This document shows, piece by piece, positions 9,169 to 18,436 of a DNA stretch of 64,000 nt. The notes beneath the pieces were generated by a model. The model did no database searches. It was not told the DNA's origin and saw only the letters and a program-made list of their open reading frames with translations. A program made the translations under genes and the position numbers. Position 1 is the stretch's first letter. Each line of letters begins with the position of its first letter. This stretch comes from Opitutaceae bacterium. GTDB lineage: Bacteria; Verrucomicrobiota; Verrucomicrobiia; Opitutales; Opitutaceae. The stretch lies in contig DASZQN010000045.1 in the NCBI GenBank assembly GCA_035549635.1, positions 9,286-73,285 on the forward strand, in the 5' to 3' direction.

Positions 9169-10911
9169 TCAGCCGAGCTGATCGGCCACCTCTCGAAAAA
9201 TCCGTTCGCGGATGCCGACATCCCGCTTCCGGTCGGTGGCCAGCTCGAGCACGCGGATCCCGGCGGCCGGCAGCGCTGCGATCAGATCCGTGAAATGTTT
9301 CCAGTCGCGCACCTGGACATGTTCAACCCCGTACGCCGCGGCCAGGCGCGCGAAGTCCGCCTCCTGCGGCGTGGCCACGAATTCCTCGAAGGGCGGATCG
9401 AATTCCGACACGGGCAGATGTCCGAAGATGCCGCCGCCGCGGTTGTTGATGAGGACGATCGTGAGGCTGCCGCGGAACTTCGGCCGGATCAGGAAGCCGT
9501 TGGTGTCGTGGAGCAGCGCAAGGTCGCCCGTGAGCAGCACCGCCGGCGGACCGCCGTGGGCGACGCCCAGCGCGGTCGAAAGGGTGCCGTCGATTCCGTT
9601 GGCCCCGCGGTTGCAGAAGAGCTCGTGGGCGCGATCGCCGGGTGGCCAGTAGAATTCCACGTCGCGCGCCGGCATGCTGTTGGCGACGAACACCGGCGTC
9701 CCCGCCGGCAGGTGCCGGCCCAGCAGCCAGGCCGCGCGGCCCTCGAACAGCTCGGTCATCGCCTCCATCCGGTCGTCGAGGGCGGCCCGCGCCGTGCGCT
9801 CGGCTTCGGCCCAGAGTCGCCGATATTCGTCCGGACCGGAGCCCGGTGGCATCCCCGCGGCCAGCTGCGCGAGCGGAATCCGGCAGTGCCGGGTGCGGGC
9901 GTGCAACGCGTCGCGGTTGTCCGGCCGGGCGGTCGCGAGCCACACGGGCGCGTCCGCCTCCAGCACCCAGCGTCGCAGCACCTTGCTCGTGGGCCAGCCG
10001 CCGAGGCAGAGCACGGCCTCCGGCCGGAGCCGTTCGGCCGCGGATCCGCTGCGCAGGATCAGGTCGTAGGCGGTCACCAGATGCGCGCCGAGCGCGGCGT
10101 GGTGCCGGAGCGGGGAGAGGGTGTCCGCGAGCACGGGCCAGCCGAGCTTGCGCGCGAGCGCCGCCACGGTCCGCGCGAAATCCTCCGGCGCCGCCTGCTG
10201 CTCCGGCCCGGCGACGATGACCCCGCGGGCGCCGGCCGGCAGGCGGGGCGGATTTTCGCCGCCTCCCAGCGCCGGGTCGACAGGTTCGAGCTGGGCGAAG
10301 AAGCGCTCCCAATCGATCGCGGCGGCCAGCTTCCCGGCCGCGCCGCCGTCGGGCACCGGCGGCAACGGATCGCGGAACGGCGCGTTCAGGTGCACGGGGC
10401 CCGCCCCGTCCCGCAGGGTGCGCTCCACCGCGTGCACGAGGGTCTGCCGCAGGTAGCACAGGAATTTCTCGCTCAGCTTCGGCACCGCGAGCTCGTGATG
10501 GAAATTCACGTGGCCGCCGTAGAGCTTCTGCTGGTCGATGGTCTGGCCGGACGCGCAGGCGCGCATCTCCGGCGGGCGGTCGGCGGTGAGGACGAGCAGC
10601 GGCGCGCCGCTCTCCTGGGCCTCGATGACGGCCGGGAGGAAATTCGCCGCCGCCGTGCCGCTCGTGCAGACCAGCGCCACCGGGCGGCGGCTGCGCCGGG
10701 CCAGCCCGAGCGCGAAGAACGAGGCCGAGCGCTCGTCGAGCACGGGCACCGCCTCGATCCCCGGATGCGCGGCAAAGGCGAAGGCCAGCGGCGTCGAGCG
10801 CGAGCCGGGGCAGATCACCGCCTGCGCCACGCCGCACCGGTGCAGCGTCGCGGCCAGCACGCTGCACCAGAGCGAATTGACATTGCGGGAGTCGAGGGGC
10901 GGAAGGCTCAT
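9169..10911 (-). CDS. menD: 2-succinyl-5-enolpyruvyl-6-hydroxy-3-cyclohexene-1-carboxylate (SEPHCHC) synthase
   Basis: 580 aa with the N-terminal pattern NVNSLWCSVL...VICPGSRSTPL typical of MenD and the ThDP motif GDLALLHDTNGF. It overlaps the menF stop by 4 bp. Confidence 0.9.
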   Translation of the reverse strand: MSLPPLDSRNVNSLWCSVLAATLHRCGVAQAVICPGSRSTPLAFAFAAHPGIEAVPVLDERSASFFALGLARRSRRPVALVCTSGTAAANFLPAVIEAQESGAPLLVLTADRPPEMRACASGQTIDQQKLYGGHVNFHHELAVPKLSEKFLCYLRQTLVHAVERTLRDGAGPVHLNAPFRDPLPPVPDGGAAGKLAAAIDWERFFAQLEPVDPALGGGENPPRLPAGARGVIVAGPEQQAAPEDFARTVAALARKLGWPVLADTLSPLRHHAALGAHLVTAYDLILRSGSAAERLRPEAVLCLGGWPTSKVLRRWVLEADAPVWLATARPDNRDALHARTRHCRIPLAQLAAGMPPGSGPDEYRRLWAEAERTARAALDDRMEAMTELFEGRAAWLLGRHLPAGTPVFVANSMPARDVEFYWPPGDRAHELFCNRGANGIDGTLSTALGVAHGGPPAVLLTGDLALLHDTNGFLIRPKFRGSLTIVLINNRGGGIFGHLPVSEFDPPFEEFVATPQEADFARLAAAYGVEHVQVRDWKHFTDLIAALPAAGIRVLELATDRKRDVGIRERIFREVADQLG

Positions 10912-12347
10912 GGCGCGAGCAGGGCGTCCTGCATGGCTTTAAACTTCAGCTCCGTCTCCGCAAACTCGTTCTCCGGCGAGGAGCCGGCGACCAGGCCCGC
11001 GCCGGCGTAGAGCCGGGCGCGCGCGCCGGTGACGAGGGCCGAGCGGAGTCCGACGAAGAATTCGCCGCCGCCGCGGGCATTGAGCCAGCCGAGCGCGCCG
11101 GCATAGAGGCCGCGGGGAAAACCCTCGAGCCCGCGGATGCACGGGACGGCCGCCGCCTGCGGGGAGCCGCCCACCGCGGGCGTGGGGTGCAGGGCCGCCA
11201 CCGCGTCCAGCAGGCGCACCTCCGCCGGCAGCGTCGCACGGATCGCCGTGTGCAGGTGCTGCACGTTCGCCAGGCGGCGCACGCCGGGCTGGGCGGAGAA
11301 CTCGGGCCGCAGCCCGAGTTCCGCGAGGCGGCTGACGATGGCCTCGATCACGTGACCCTGTTCGCGCCGGTCCTTCTCGCTGCCCAGCAGGGCCGCGGCC
11401 AGCGCCGCGTCCTCGCTCGCGCTCGCACCGCGACGGACCGAGCCCGCCAGCGCCTCGGTCTCGAGCACTCCGCGGCTCACCCGCACGAGGCGTTCGGGGC
11501 TGGCGCCGATGAAGCTCTGCCCGCGGCCGTTCGCGAGGGAGAAGGCATAGCAGCCCGGAAAGCGCTGCCGGAGCCCGTTCAGGAGCTGCAGCGGATGCAG
11601 CGGCCGGCCGGCCGCGAGATCCCGCGCGCGGGCCAGGACGATCTTGGTGAACTCCCCACCCGCGATGCGCTCCAGCGCGCGCGCCACCGCCGCGCGATAG
11701 TCCCCGGCCTCGCTGATGGAAAACGGCGGCGGCGCCGTCTCCCGCTCCGCCGCTGCGGCCGGGGTGCCCCGCGGGGCTTCGGCGTAATTGAAGGCGCGGA
11801 ACTTGCCGTGCGCGCGCCAGACCCGGTCCGCCAGCGGGGCGAGGTCCGCGTCGGGTGCCACCGCGAGGTTCGCCACCGCCGTGGTGACCGTCCCGGCGCG
11901 CGCCACCTGCCAGCGCGGCACGAACACCCGTGCGGCCGGGAAGGGCTCGCCCGGCTCGGTCTCGTCCGCAAACGTGAAGCCGGCAAAAAAATGCGGCCCG
12001 CCGAACGGCGCATTCACGTCACCCACCGCCAGCGCGCCGGCCAGCGTTTCGTCGACCCAGGCCTGGACCGCGGCGAACCGGCCGGCCCCGCGCGCCTCGA
12101 ACTCCAATGCGACCTCCGCCCCAGAAACCGCGGTCTCCAGGTCCGGGCGCTCAGCATAGAAGTGCGGCTCGCCCGGCTCGAAGATCGACTCCAGCACGGC
12201 CAGGGGGTCGAGCGCGCCCACCTCGAGGGAGATGCTGACGAGCCGCGGCCGGCCCGCGCGCCGCGCGGCCTCCCGGCACTCCGCCAGGAACGCGTGCAGC
12301 GTCTCCGGCGTGGCGTTCGCGGCGAGGTCCAGCGGGAGGATCGTCAT
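10908..12347 (-). CDS. menF: Isochorismate synthase
   Basis: 479 aa with a chorismate-binding fold C-terminal region (SPERLVRV..., HPTPAVGG, GLYAGALGW, GGGEFFVGLRSA). Translationally coupled to menD. Confidence 0.85.
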   Translation of the reverse strand: MTILPLDLAANATPETLHAFLAECREAARRAGRPRLVSISLEVGALDPLAVLESIFEPGEPHFYAERPDLETAVSGAEVALEFEARGAGRFAAVQAWVDETLAGALAVGDVNAPFGGPHFFAGFTFADETEPGEPFPAARVFVPRWQVARAGTVTTAVANLAVAPDADLAPLADRVWRAHGKFRAFNYAEAPRGTPAAAAERETAPPPFSISEAGDYRAAVARALERIAGGEFTKIVLARARDLAAGRPLHPLQLLNGLRQRFPGCYAFSLANGRGQSFIGASPERLVRVSRGVLETEALAGSVRRGASASEDAALAAALLGSEKDRREQGHVIEAIVSRLAELGLRPEFSAQPGVRRLANVQHLHTAIRATLPAEVRLLDAVAALHPTPAVGGSPQAAAVPCIRGLEGFPRGLYAGALGWLNARGGGEFFVGLRSALVTGARARLYAGAGLVAGSSPENEFAETELKFKAMQDALLAP

Positions 12348-12353
12348 GAATGC

Positions 12354-12385
12354 GGAAGCCGGACGCCGGAAGCCGGACGCCGGAC
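12354..12385. repeat. Tandem 14-bp direct repeat GGAAGCCGGACGCC x2 (+4 bp), with an imperfect inverted partner at 12480-12496
   Basis: The copies at 12354-12367 and 12368-12381 are identical. CCGGCCTCTGGCGTCCG at 12480-12496 is the reverse complement of 12360-12376 at 15 of 17 positions. The repeat lies between the metG stop and the menF start. Confidence 0.7.
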
Positions 12386-12505
12386 AAAGGTGATCGGATC
12401 CAGGAAAGCGAACGCCATGAGGCAGGGAATTCTTCGCCCAGTCATATCATGCGGAGATCCCATGTTCGAAATCCGGCGGCCGGCCTCTGGCGTCCGCCAT
12501 CGTCC

Positions 12506-14041
12506 CTACTTCGTCGTCGCGGCCGGAGCCGGACGCGGGAACAGCACGAGGGACTCCGCGACCTTTTTCCCGGCGAGTTTCTCGCCCCAGGCGAGTTCAT
12601 CGCGCCACGCGGCGGCCGGCGCGTAGCCGAGCACGGCGTTGATTTTCGCCGTGGCCGTGGGGGTGACGTGCTGGATCAGCGCGACCGCGAGCCTCAGCGC
12701 CTCGGCCATCGTCGCCAGCGAGGTGCGCAGCAGCGCCTGGTCGGCTTCCGCCGCGGACTTGCCCAGCTTCCAGGGCGCGCGCTTCTCGATGTAGGCGTTC
12801 GTCTCCGTGAGGAAGAGCATCGCCCGCTCCAGCGCGGTGTGGAACTGGAAGCCCTCGCAGAGGGGGATGAATTCGTCGCGGGTCTTCTCCCACAGCGCCC
12901 GCAGGCTGCGCTCAAGATCCTGGTCCGGCCCGGCGGCGGGGATCACGCCACCGGCGAAACGCGTCGTCATGTTCAGCGTGCGGTTGACCAGGTTGCCGAG
13001 GTTGTTCGCCAGCTCGCTGTTGTAGCGCACCAGGAATTGGTCGCGGGTGAAGTCGCTGTCCTGCCCGACATTCATCTCGCGGATGAGGAAGTAGCGGAAC
13101 GCATCCGCGCCGAACTCCGCGACAAGGTCGAGCGGGTTGAGCGCATTGCCGGTGCTCTTCGACATCTTCGCCCCGCGCTGCAGCCACCAGCCGTGGACGA
13201 TGAGCTGGCGCGGGAGCGCAAGCCCGGCCGCCTGCAGCATGATCGGCCAGTACACTGCGTGCGGGGGCACGAGGATGTCCTTCCCAATCACGTGATGCGC
13301 CTCCGGCCAGATCTCCGGCCGCTGGCGGACCGCCGAGTAGTAGTTCACCAGCGCGTCGAACCAGACGTACGTCACAAACTTCTCGTCGAACGGCAGCGGG
13401 ATCCCCCACTCCAGGCGCTCGCGCGGACGGGAGATGCAGAGGTCGTTCAGCGGCTCCTTGAGGAACTCGAGCACCTGCGCCTGGCGGAAGCGCGGAAAGA
13501 TCCAGTCCGGGTTCTTCGTGAGAAAATCCACCAGCCAGTCCTGGTACTGGCGCAGCTTGAAGAAATAATTCGACTCGGTGATCTCGGTGACCTCGCCGAA
13601 AATCTCGGGCCAGGAGCCGTCGGGACTGCGGTCCTTCTCCTGCAGGAACTGCTCCTGCCGGGTCGAATAGAAGCCCTTGTACTCGGCGAGGTAGATCTCC
13701 CCCTTGTCGAAGAGCTGCTGGAGGATCTCGCGCACGACCGCCTGGTGGCGCGGCTCGGTCGTGCGGATGAAGTCGTCGTTGCTGATGTTCAGCTTCGGCA
13801 GGATCGCCTGGAACTCCGCGCTGACCTCGTCGGCGAGCTGCTGCGGGGGGATGCCCCGCTGGCGCGCGCTCGCCTGGACCTTCTGGCCGTGCTCGTCGGT
13901 GCCGGTGAGAAAATGCACCCGGTCCCCCATCTGCCGCCGGAACCGGGCAATGACGTCCGTCAGCACCTTTTCATAGGCATGGCCCAGGTGCGGCGAACCG
14001 TTCACGTAGTCGATCGCGGTGGTGAGATAGTACTGCTTCAT
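12506..14041 (-). CDS. metG: Methionine--tRNA ligase
   Basis: Start at MKQYYLTTAIDY (ATG 14041-14039). HIGH-type motif SPHLGHAYE and KMSKS (GAKMSKSTGN) are present. Confidence 0.93.
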   Translation of the reverse strand: MKQYYLTTAIDYVNGSPHLGHAYEKVLTDVIARFRRQMGDRVHFLTGTDEHGQKVQASARQRGIPPQQLADEVSAEFQAILPKLNISNDDFIRTTEPRHQAVVREILQQLFDKGEIYLAEYKGFYSTRQEQFLQEKDRSPDGSWPEIFGEVTEITESNYFFKLRQYQDWLVDFLTKNPDWIFPRFRQAQVLEFLKEPLNDLCISRPRERLEWGIPLPFDEKFVTYVWFDALVNYYSAVRQRPEIWPEAHHVIGKDILVPPHAVYWPIMLQAAGLALPRQLIVHGWWLQRGAKMSKSTGNALNPLDLVAEFGADAFRYFLIREMNVGQDSDFTRDQFLVRYNSELANNLGNLVNRTLNMTTRFAGGVIPAAGPDQDLERSLRALWEKTRDEFIPLCEGFQFHTALERAMLFLTETNAYIEKRAPWKLGKSAAEADQALLRTSLATMAEALRLAVALIQHVTPTATAKINAVLGYAPAAAWRDELAWGEKLAGKKVAESLVLFPRPAPAATTK

Positions 14042-14145
14042 GGCAGGAGCCGGCCAAACAAAGCCGCCCATGGGCAAATGTCGAAAGTTTTGACGCACGT
14101 CGCCCGGTCCCGCAGCGTGCGCCCGGCTCCCGCCCCCGGCCGCGC

Positions 14146-15396
14146 ATGAATTCCCTCACCCGCCTCGTCGGCTACTCCGCCGTGCTGCTGCTCGTTTTCC
14201 TCGGCGCGGCGCTGACGGCGCAGAGCTGGCTCCACCGGCAGACCCAGGAGCTGCGCGCCGAGGCGATCGAGGCGCGGCGGGCGCAGTTCCTCGCGGCCGC
14301 GCCGGTCGTGGCGCCGCCAGATCACCGCTGGAGTGCGGCGCAGGAGCGGATCCTCGGCGCCCTGGTCGGGGGCACCGTGACCATCCGGCCGCCCGCGACG
14401 ATGGCGGCGCCAGCCGATCCCGCGATGCTCTCCTTCGATCAGCCGCTCGCCGGGACGACGCCGGCGCTCAGTGCGCGGGTGGTCTTTCCCGCGGCCGCGA
14501 TGACCCGGCTGATTGCGCTGCAACAGCGGGTGGTCGTCGGCCTGGCCCTGCTCGCGGCGGTGCTGCTCGGGCTCTGGTGCCTGCTTGTCGCGTTCGCGTG
14601 GACCCGGCCGCCGCACGAGGTCGTGTCCAGCACGCCCTGGGCGAACGCGCAGGCCGAGATGAGCGGGCTCACCCACCTGGCGCGAACCTCCGTCGCCCAA
14701 GGCGAGGAACTCGGCCGCGAGCGCGATGTGCGCCGCCGCGCCGAGGAGGATGCACAGCTACGGCAGCGGCTGCTGGCCCAGTCCCTGGAGAGCAAGATCC
14801 GGCTGGGGCACGACCTCCACGACGGGATCATCCAGTCGCTCTACGCCGTCGGCCTGACGCTGGAGTCGGTGCGCCCGCTCATCACGAGCGATCCCGGCGA
14901 GGCGGATGGGCGCCTGACGAAATGCCTGCAGAGCCTGAACGCCACCATCCGCGACGTGCGGGCCTACATCACCGGCCTCGGCCCGGAAAACCTGCGCCGG
15001 ATCGGTTTCGCCCAGGCGCTCGAGGCCCTGGTGGCCGAGCTGCGCGCGGACCGCGCGGTCCAGTTCGATCTCCGCATCGACGAGGACGCCACCGCGCTGC
15101 TCTCGCCGGAGCAAAGCATCGACGCCCTCCAGATCGCCCGCGAGGCGATCAGCAACAGCCTCCGTCACGGCCGGGCCACCGCGATCACCGTGCGCCTGCA
15201 GCACAGCGACCGCGAGATCGGGCTGCTCGTGCAGGACAACGGCTGCGGCTTCGATCCCGCCCAGGGCTCCGGCGGCCACGGCCTCGGCAACATGCGGGCC
15301 CGCGCCGAGCGCCTGCGCGCCACCGTCCGCGTCGACAGCCGCCCCGGCGCGGGCACCCGCGTCGTCGTCACCCTCGCCGTCTCCCCTCCCCTATGA
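14146..15396 (+). CDS. Membrane sensor histidine kinase, NarX/DesK (HisKA_3) type
   Basis: Two hydrophobic segments, the H-box HDLHDGIIQSLYAVGL, and the HATPase motifs ISNSLRHG and GHGLGNMRARAE. Confidence 0.85.
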   Translation: MNSLTRLVGYSAVLLLVFLGAALTAQSWLHRQTQELRAEAIEARRAQFLAAAPVVAPPDHRWSAAQERILGALVGGTVTIRPPATMAAPADPAMLSFDQPLAGTTPALSARVVFPAAAMTRLIALQQRVVVGLALLAAVLLGLWCLLVAFAWTRPPHEVVSSTPWANAQAEMSGLTHLARTSVAQGEELGRERDVRRRAEEDAQLRQRLLAQSLESKIRLGHDLHDGIIQSLYAVGLTLESVRPLITSDPGEADGRLTKCLQSLNATIRDVRAYITGLGPENLRRIGFAQALEALVAELRADRAVQFDLRIDEDATALLSPEQSIDALQIAREAISNSLRHGRATAITVRLQHSDREIGLLVQDNGCGFDPAQGSGGHGLGNMRARAERLRATVRVDSRPGAGTRVVVTLAVSPPL

Positions 15397-16052
15397 ATCA
15401 TCCGGAAAAAAAACGCGTGCGCGTCGTCATGGTCGACGACAGCGAAGTCGTGCGCATGGGCCTTCGCTCGCTCCTCGGCGCCGCCCCGGCCATCGAGATC
15501 GTGGGCGAGGCCGCCAACGTCGCTGGCGCGATCGAGACCTGCGCCCGCGTCCGGCCCGACGTGGTGCTGCTCGACATCCGCCTGCCGGACGGCACCGGTT
15601 TCGACGCCTGCCGCCGCATCCTCAAGCAGCTCCCCGAGACCCGCGCCCTGATTCTCACCTCGGTCGCGGACGACACGCTCGTGGACGAGGCGATCCGGGC
15701 CGGAGCGCACGGCTACCTGCTGAAGGAGATCGACGGTGGCGGGCTGATGCGTGCGATCGCCGACGTGGCCGCGGGCAAGTCCACGCTCGACCCCTCCGTC
15801 ACCGCGCGCGTGATCCAGCTGATCAAGAGCGGTTCCTCCACCACGCATGACGCGTTCGCGATCCTCTCGCCGCAGGAGAGGAAAGTGCTCGCGCTGATCG
15901 CGGAAGGGCGGACCAACAAGGAGGTCGCCAGCCAGCTCGGTCTCGCGGAGAAGACCGTGAAGAATTATCTCAGCAACGTGTTCGAGAAGCTGCACGTCAC
16001 GCGCCGCTCCCAGGCCGCGGCGATGTTCGTCCGCGAGTCGCGCCAGCCGTAA
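15393..16052 (+). CDS. NarL/FixJ-family response regulator (REC + LuxR HTH)
   Basis: ATG at 15393 overlaps the kinase stop (ATGA). REC features are VVMVDDSEVV and VLLDIRLPDGTG. The LuxR HTH reads LSPQERKVLALIAEGRTNKEVASQLGLAEKTVKNYLSNVFEKL. Confidence 0.9.
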   Translation: MNHPEKKRVRVVMVDDSEVVRMGLRSLLGAAPAIEIVGEAANVAGAIETCARVRPDVVLLDIRLPDGTGFDACRRILKQLPETRALILTSVADDTLVDEAIRAGAHGYLLKEIDGGGLMRAIADVAAGKSTLDPSVTARVIQLIKSGSSTTHDAFAILSPQERKVLALIAEGRTNKEVASQLGLAEKTVKNYLSNVFEKLHVTRRSQAAAMFVRESRQP

Positions 16053-16086
16053 TCCGGCCGCCAGCCGAGCCTGATTCCGGCCGCTA

Positions 16087-16120
16087 GGGCCGAATGGCCC
16101 CACCCCGGCAGGGTCTTTTT
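16087..16120 (+). terminator. Weak candidate intrinsic terminator after the response regulator
   Basis: Small GC hairpins GGGCC-GAAT-GGCCC (16087-16100) and ACCC-CGGCA-GGGT (16102-16114) are followed by TTTTT (16116-16120). The stems are short. Confidence 0.3.
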
Positions 16121-16295
16121 ACCATTCGGACGCCTCTATGCGGCGGACGGGGATTCCGATATGATGAGCGGCAAGATGGAGAGCACTTCCAGCCACCCGC
16201 TGCCCGCCCCGTTCGCCGCCGCTACGCAGTCTCCGCAACCGGCGCATTTGTGTTCGCCTTGGGGCACCGCTCCCTGCAGATAAATCGCGCGCTCC

Positions 16296-16898
16296 ATGAC
16301 CGCCCACCGCTCCGTCACATCCGGGACCCCCGCCACCGCCGTTCCGGCCGGCGCCCGGACGTCCCGTGCGCGGCGCGGCCGGGGATTCACCCTGGCGGAG
16401 GTGATGATGTCGGTGACGATCTTCGCGATGCTCTCGCTCGGCGTCTATCAGATGCTGATCAAGTCCTATGAGCTGAGCGCGATCACCCGGTACCGGGACG
16501 ATGCCCGCGCCGTGCTGCTGACCTTCGCCGACCAGTTTTCGCGCCTCCAGACGACCCAGACCCACAGCGGGACCGCCTATGCCCGCTACCTCTTCCAACC
16601 CGCCGCCTCCCCGACGGGGACCGGCCTGCAGTGGGGTTCGTTGAGCGACCAGGATTCGCTCACGGCTCTGACATCGGTTCCCTCCCTCTCAGTGACGATC
16701 GGAAATTCGGCGGGCGGAAACGGCATTCCCGCCGCCATCACGCGCACGGTGGTGCCGCTCAATTCCGACGGCACCACCGCCGGCTCGGTGACCTATACCG
16801 CTGCGGGTTACATGCTCCTCGGTACGTTCACGGCCACCTACTCTGTTTTCGGCCATACCTACGTCCAGAGTGTCTCGGTCCTGCGCGCCGCCCCATGA
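16296..16898 (+). CDS. Prepilin-type N-terminal cleavage/methylation domain protein (minor pseudopilin 1)
   Basis: Class III signal: a basic leader ending RRGRG, then FTLAEVMMSVTIFAMLSLGVYQML (G-F-T-L-x-E consensus with Glu+5). 200 aa, typical pseudopilin size. Confidence 0.75.
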   Translation: MTAHRSVTSGTPATAVPAGARTSRARRGRGFTLAEVMMSVTIFAMLSLGVYQMLIKSYELSAITRYRDDARAVLLTFADQFSRLQTTQTHSGTAYARYLFQPAASPTGTGLQWGSLSDQDSLTALTSVPSLSVTIGNSAGGNGIPAAITRTVVPLNSDGTTAGSVTYTAAGYMLLGTFTATYSVFGHTYVQSVSVLRAAP

Positions 16899-18412
16899 TC
16901 CCGACGCCGTCACAATCGAGCGCCCGCCGCCCCCGGAAATCCGGGGGCTTCACGCTGGTCGAGCTCATGGTGTCGGCGACGCTGGGAGCGCTGGTGCTGG
17001 CCGCCGCGGCGTCGATCATCGTGATGACGACCCGCACGGTGTACAAGAACACCATGGTCGACGACGCGGTGAGCACCACCCGCAAGGTCCAGGAGCACCT
17101 CAACAAGGAAATCTCCGTCTCCGTCAGCCAAAGCACGCCGATCAAGATCCAGCCGGTCTTTTCCAATCCCTCCTCCACCACCCCGGTTCGCTACGCCACG
17201 ATCACCTATCGCGTGACGATCGGCTCCTTCTCCACCGTCTATACGGCCACGGACAAGTCCAGCAGCTCGATCGTGCTCAACTCCCCGGCGGACGTGCAGC
17301 CCGCCATCGGCGACTACCTCATGATCGACAGCCCGCTGCTGGGCTCCGCCGGTCCCCCGATCGTGGGTGGCGCCCTGATCACCGCCGTGGACGACCACCG
17401 TTCCAGCGGATCCGCCGGGACCATCACCCTCACGCTGGCGGACTCGATCGACAATTCCACCTACGGCACCTCGCACATCGACATTGACGCCGGCACCATC
17501 GCCAGCATCCAGCGCGAGCGCAAATACGAGACCGTCGACGGCGGGAGCGCCGCGGTCACCGAGCTGCATTGGTATTCCTCGACCGCCTCCGGCACGCCCT
17601 ACCAGGTGCTTTCCACCAATGTGGATTCCACCGATCGCTATCTTTTCGCGCAGGTCCCGGACGACCCGAACGCCCTCGAACCGTCCGTCAGCTGGCGCTT
17701 CCGGTTTCTCTCGTCGGAAACCAATCGCTACCTGCCCGGCTCGAAGCCGAGCTACTACCAGGCCAATTACGCCGAGGGCCTGCTCATGCCGAAGTCCGGC
17801 AACCCGCTGAACGTCTCCTCCTACGCCGGCATCACGACGTCCACCTCCACGACGACGACGACGAGCACGTCGACCAGCACCTCGACCACAACCTCGACGT
17901 CCACTTCGACCACTTCGACCACCAGTTCCAGCACCTCCATCTCCACGACGACTTCGACCACGTCGTCCATCTCCACGACGACTTCGTCTTCGAGCACCAC
18001 CTCGGTCGCGACCACCACCACGTCCACCTCGGTGACGACGACCACGTCGACGACCTCGACGTCGACGACGTCCATCTCGACGACCACCACGTCCACCACC
18101 TCGACGACGTCCATCTCCACGACGACGACGTCCACCACCTCGACGACGTCCATCTCGACGACCACCACGTCCACCACCAGCACGTCGTCGACCTCCATCT
18201 CGACATCGTCGACATCCTCGACCTCGACCTCGTCCTCGGTCACGACCACCTCGACGTCCACCTCGTCCACTTCGAGTTCGGTGTCGACCACCTCGACGTC
18301 GAGCACCTCGAGCACCACGTCGATTTCGACCACCACGACGTCCAGCTCGACCTCCAGTTCCACCAGTATCTCCACGACCACAACCACCACCTCCATCGTC
18401 TTCGATGGTTAG
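16895..18412 (+). CDS. Prepilin-type pseudopilin with 187-aa C-terminal poly-Ser/Thr tract
   Basis: ATG 16895 overlaps the upstream stop (ATGA). The leader is MIPTPSQSSARRPRKSG followed by GFTLVELMVSATLGALVLAAAASIIVM. A globular region of ~290 aa is followed by residues 314-500, which consist only of S/T plus a few I/V/A. The protein ends IVFDG. Confidence 0.75.
   Translation: MIPTPSQSSARRPRKSGGFTLVELMVSATLGALVLAAAASIIVMTTRTVYKNTMVDDAVSTTRKVQEHLNKEISVSVSQSTPIKIQPVFSNPSSTTPVRYATITYRVTIGSFSTVYTATDKSSSSIVLNSPADVQPAIGDYLMIDSPLLGSAGPPIVGGALITAVDDHRSSGSAGTITLTLADSIDNSTYGTSHIDIDAGTIASIQRERKYETVDGGSAAVTELHWYSSTASGTPYQVLSTNVDSTDRYLFAQVPDDPNALEPSVSWRFRFLSSETNRYLPGSKPSYYQANYAEGLLMPKSGNPLNVSSYAGITTSTSTTTTTSTSTSTSTTTSTSTSTTSTTSSSTSISTTTSTTSSISTTTSSSSTTSVATTTTSTSVTTTTSTTSTSTTSISTTTTSTTSTTSISTTTTSTTSTTSISTTTTSTTSTSSTSISTSSTSSTSTSSSVTTTSTSTSSTSSSVSTTSTSSTSSTTSISTTTTSSSTSSSTSISTTTTTTSIVFDG
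17834..18394 (+). repeat. In-frame low-complexity Ser/Thr-coding tract (561 bp) built from ACG/ACC/TCG/TCC/AGC codons
   Basis: Translated directly in the frame of CDS 16895..18412. There are no stops and no Pro, Gly or charged residues. The tract generates long spurious ORFs in other frames and on the opposite strand. Confidence 0.9.
18068..18184 (+). repeat. Three tandem 39-bp units each encoding TSISTTTTSTTST
   Basis: Units at 18068-18106, 18107-18145 and 18146-18184. The peptides are identical, while the DNA differs at synonymous positions (TCG/TCC, ACC ACC/ACG ACG, TCG/AGC). Confidence 0.9.
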
Positions 18413-18436
18413 GCCGGCGGCCGTCCTTCCCTTGTC

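Noticed and set aside
17834-18394. The repetitive DNA as a CRISPR array or a non-coding VNTR/satellite.
   Set aside because: There is no repeat-spacer organisation. The period is a multiple of 3, the frame is open, and the tract is contiguous with the coding sequence.
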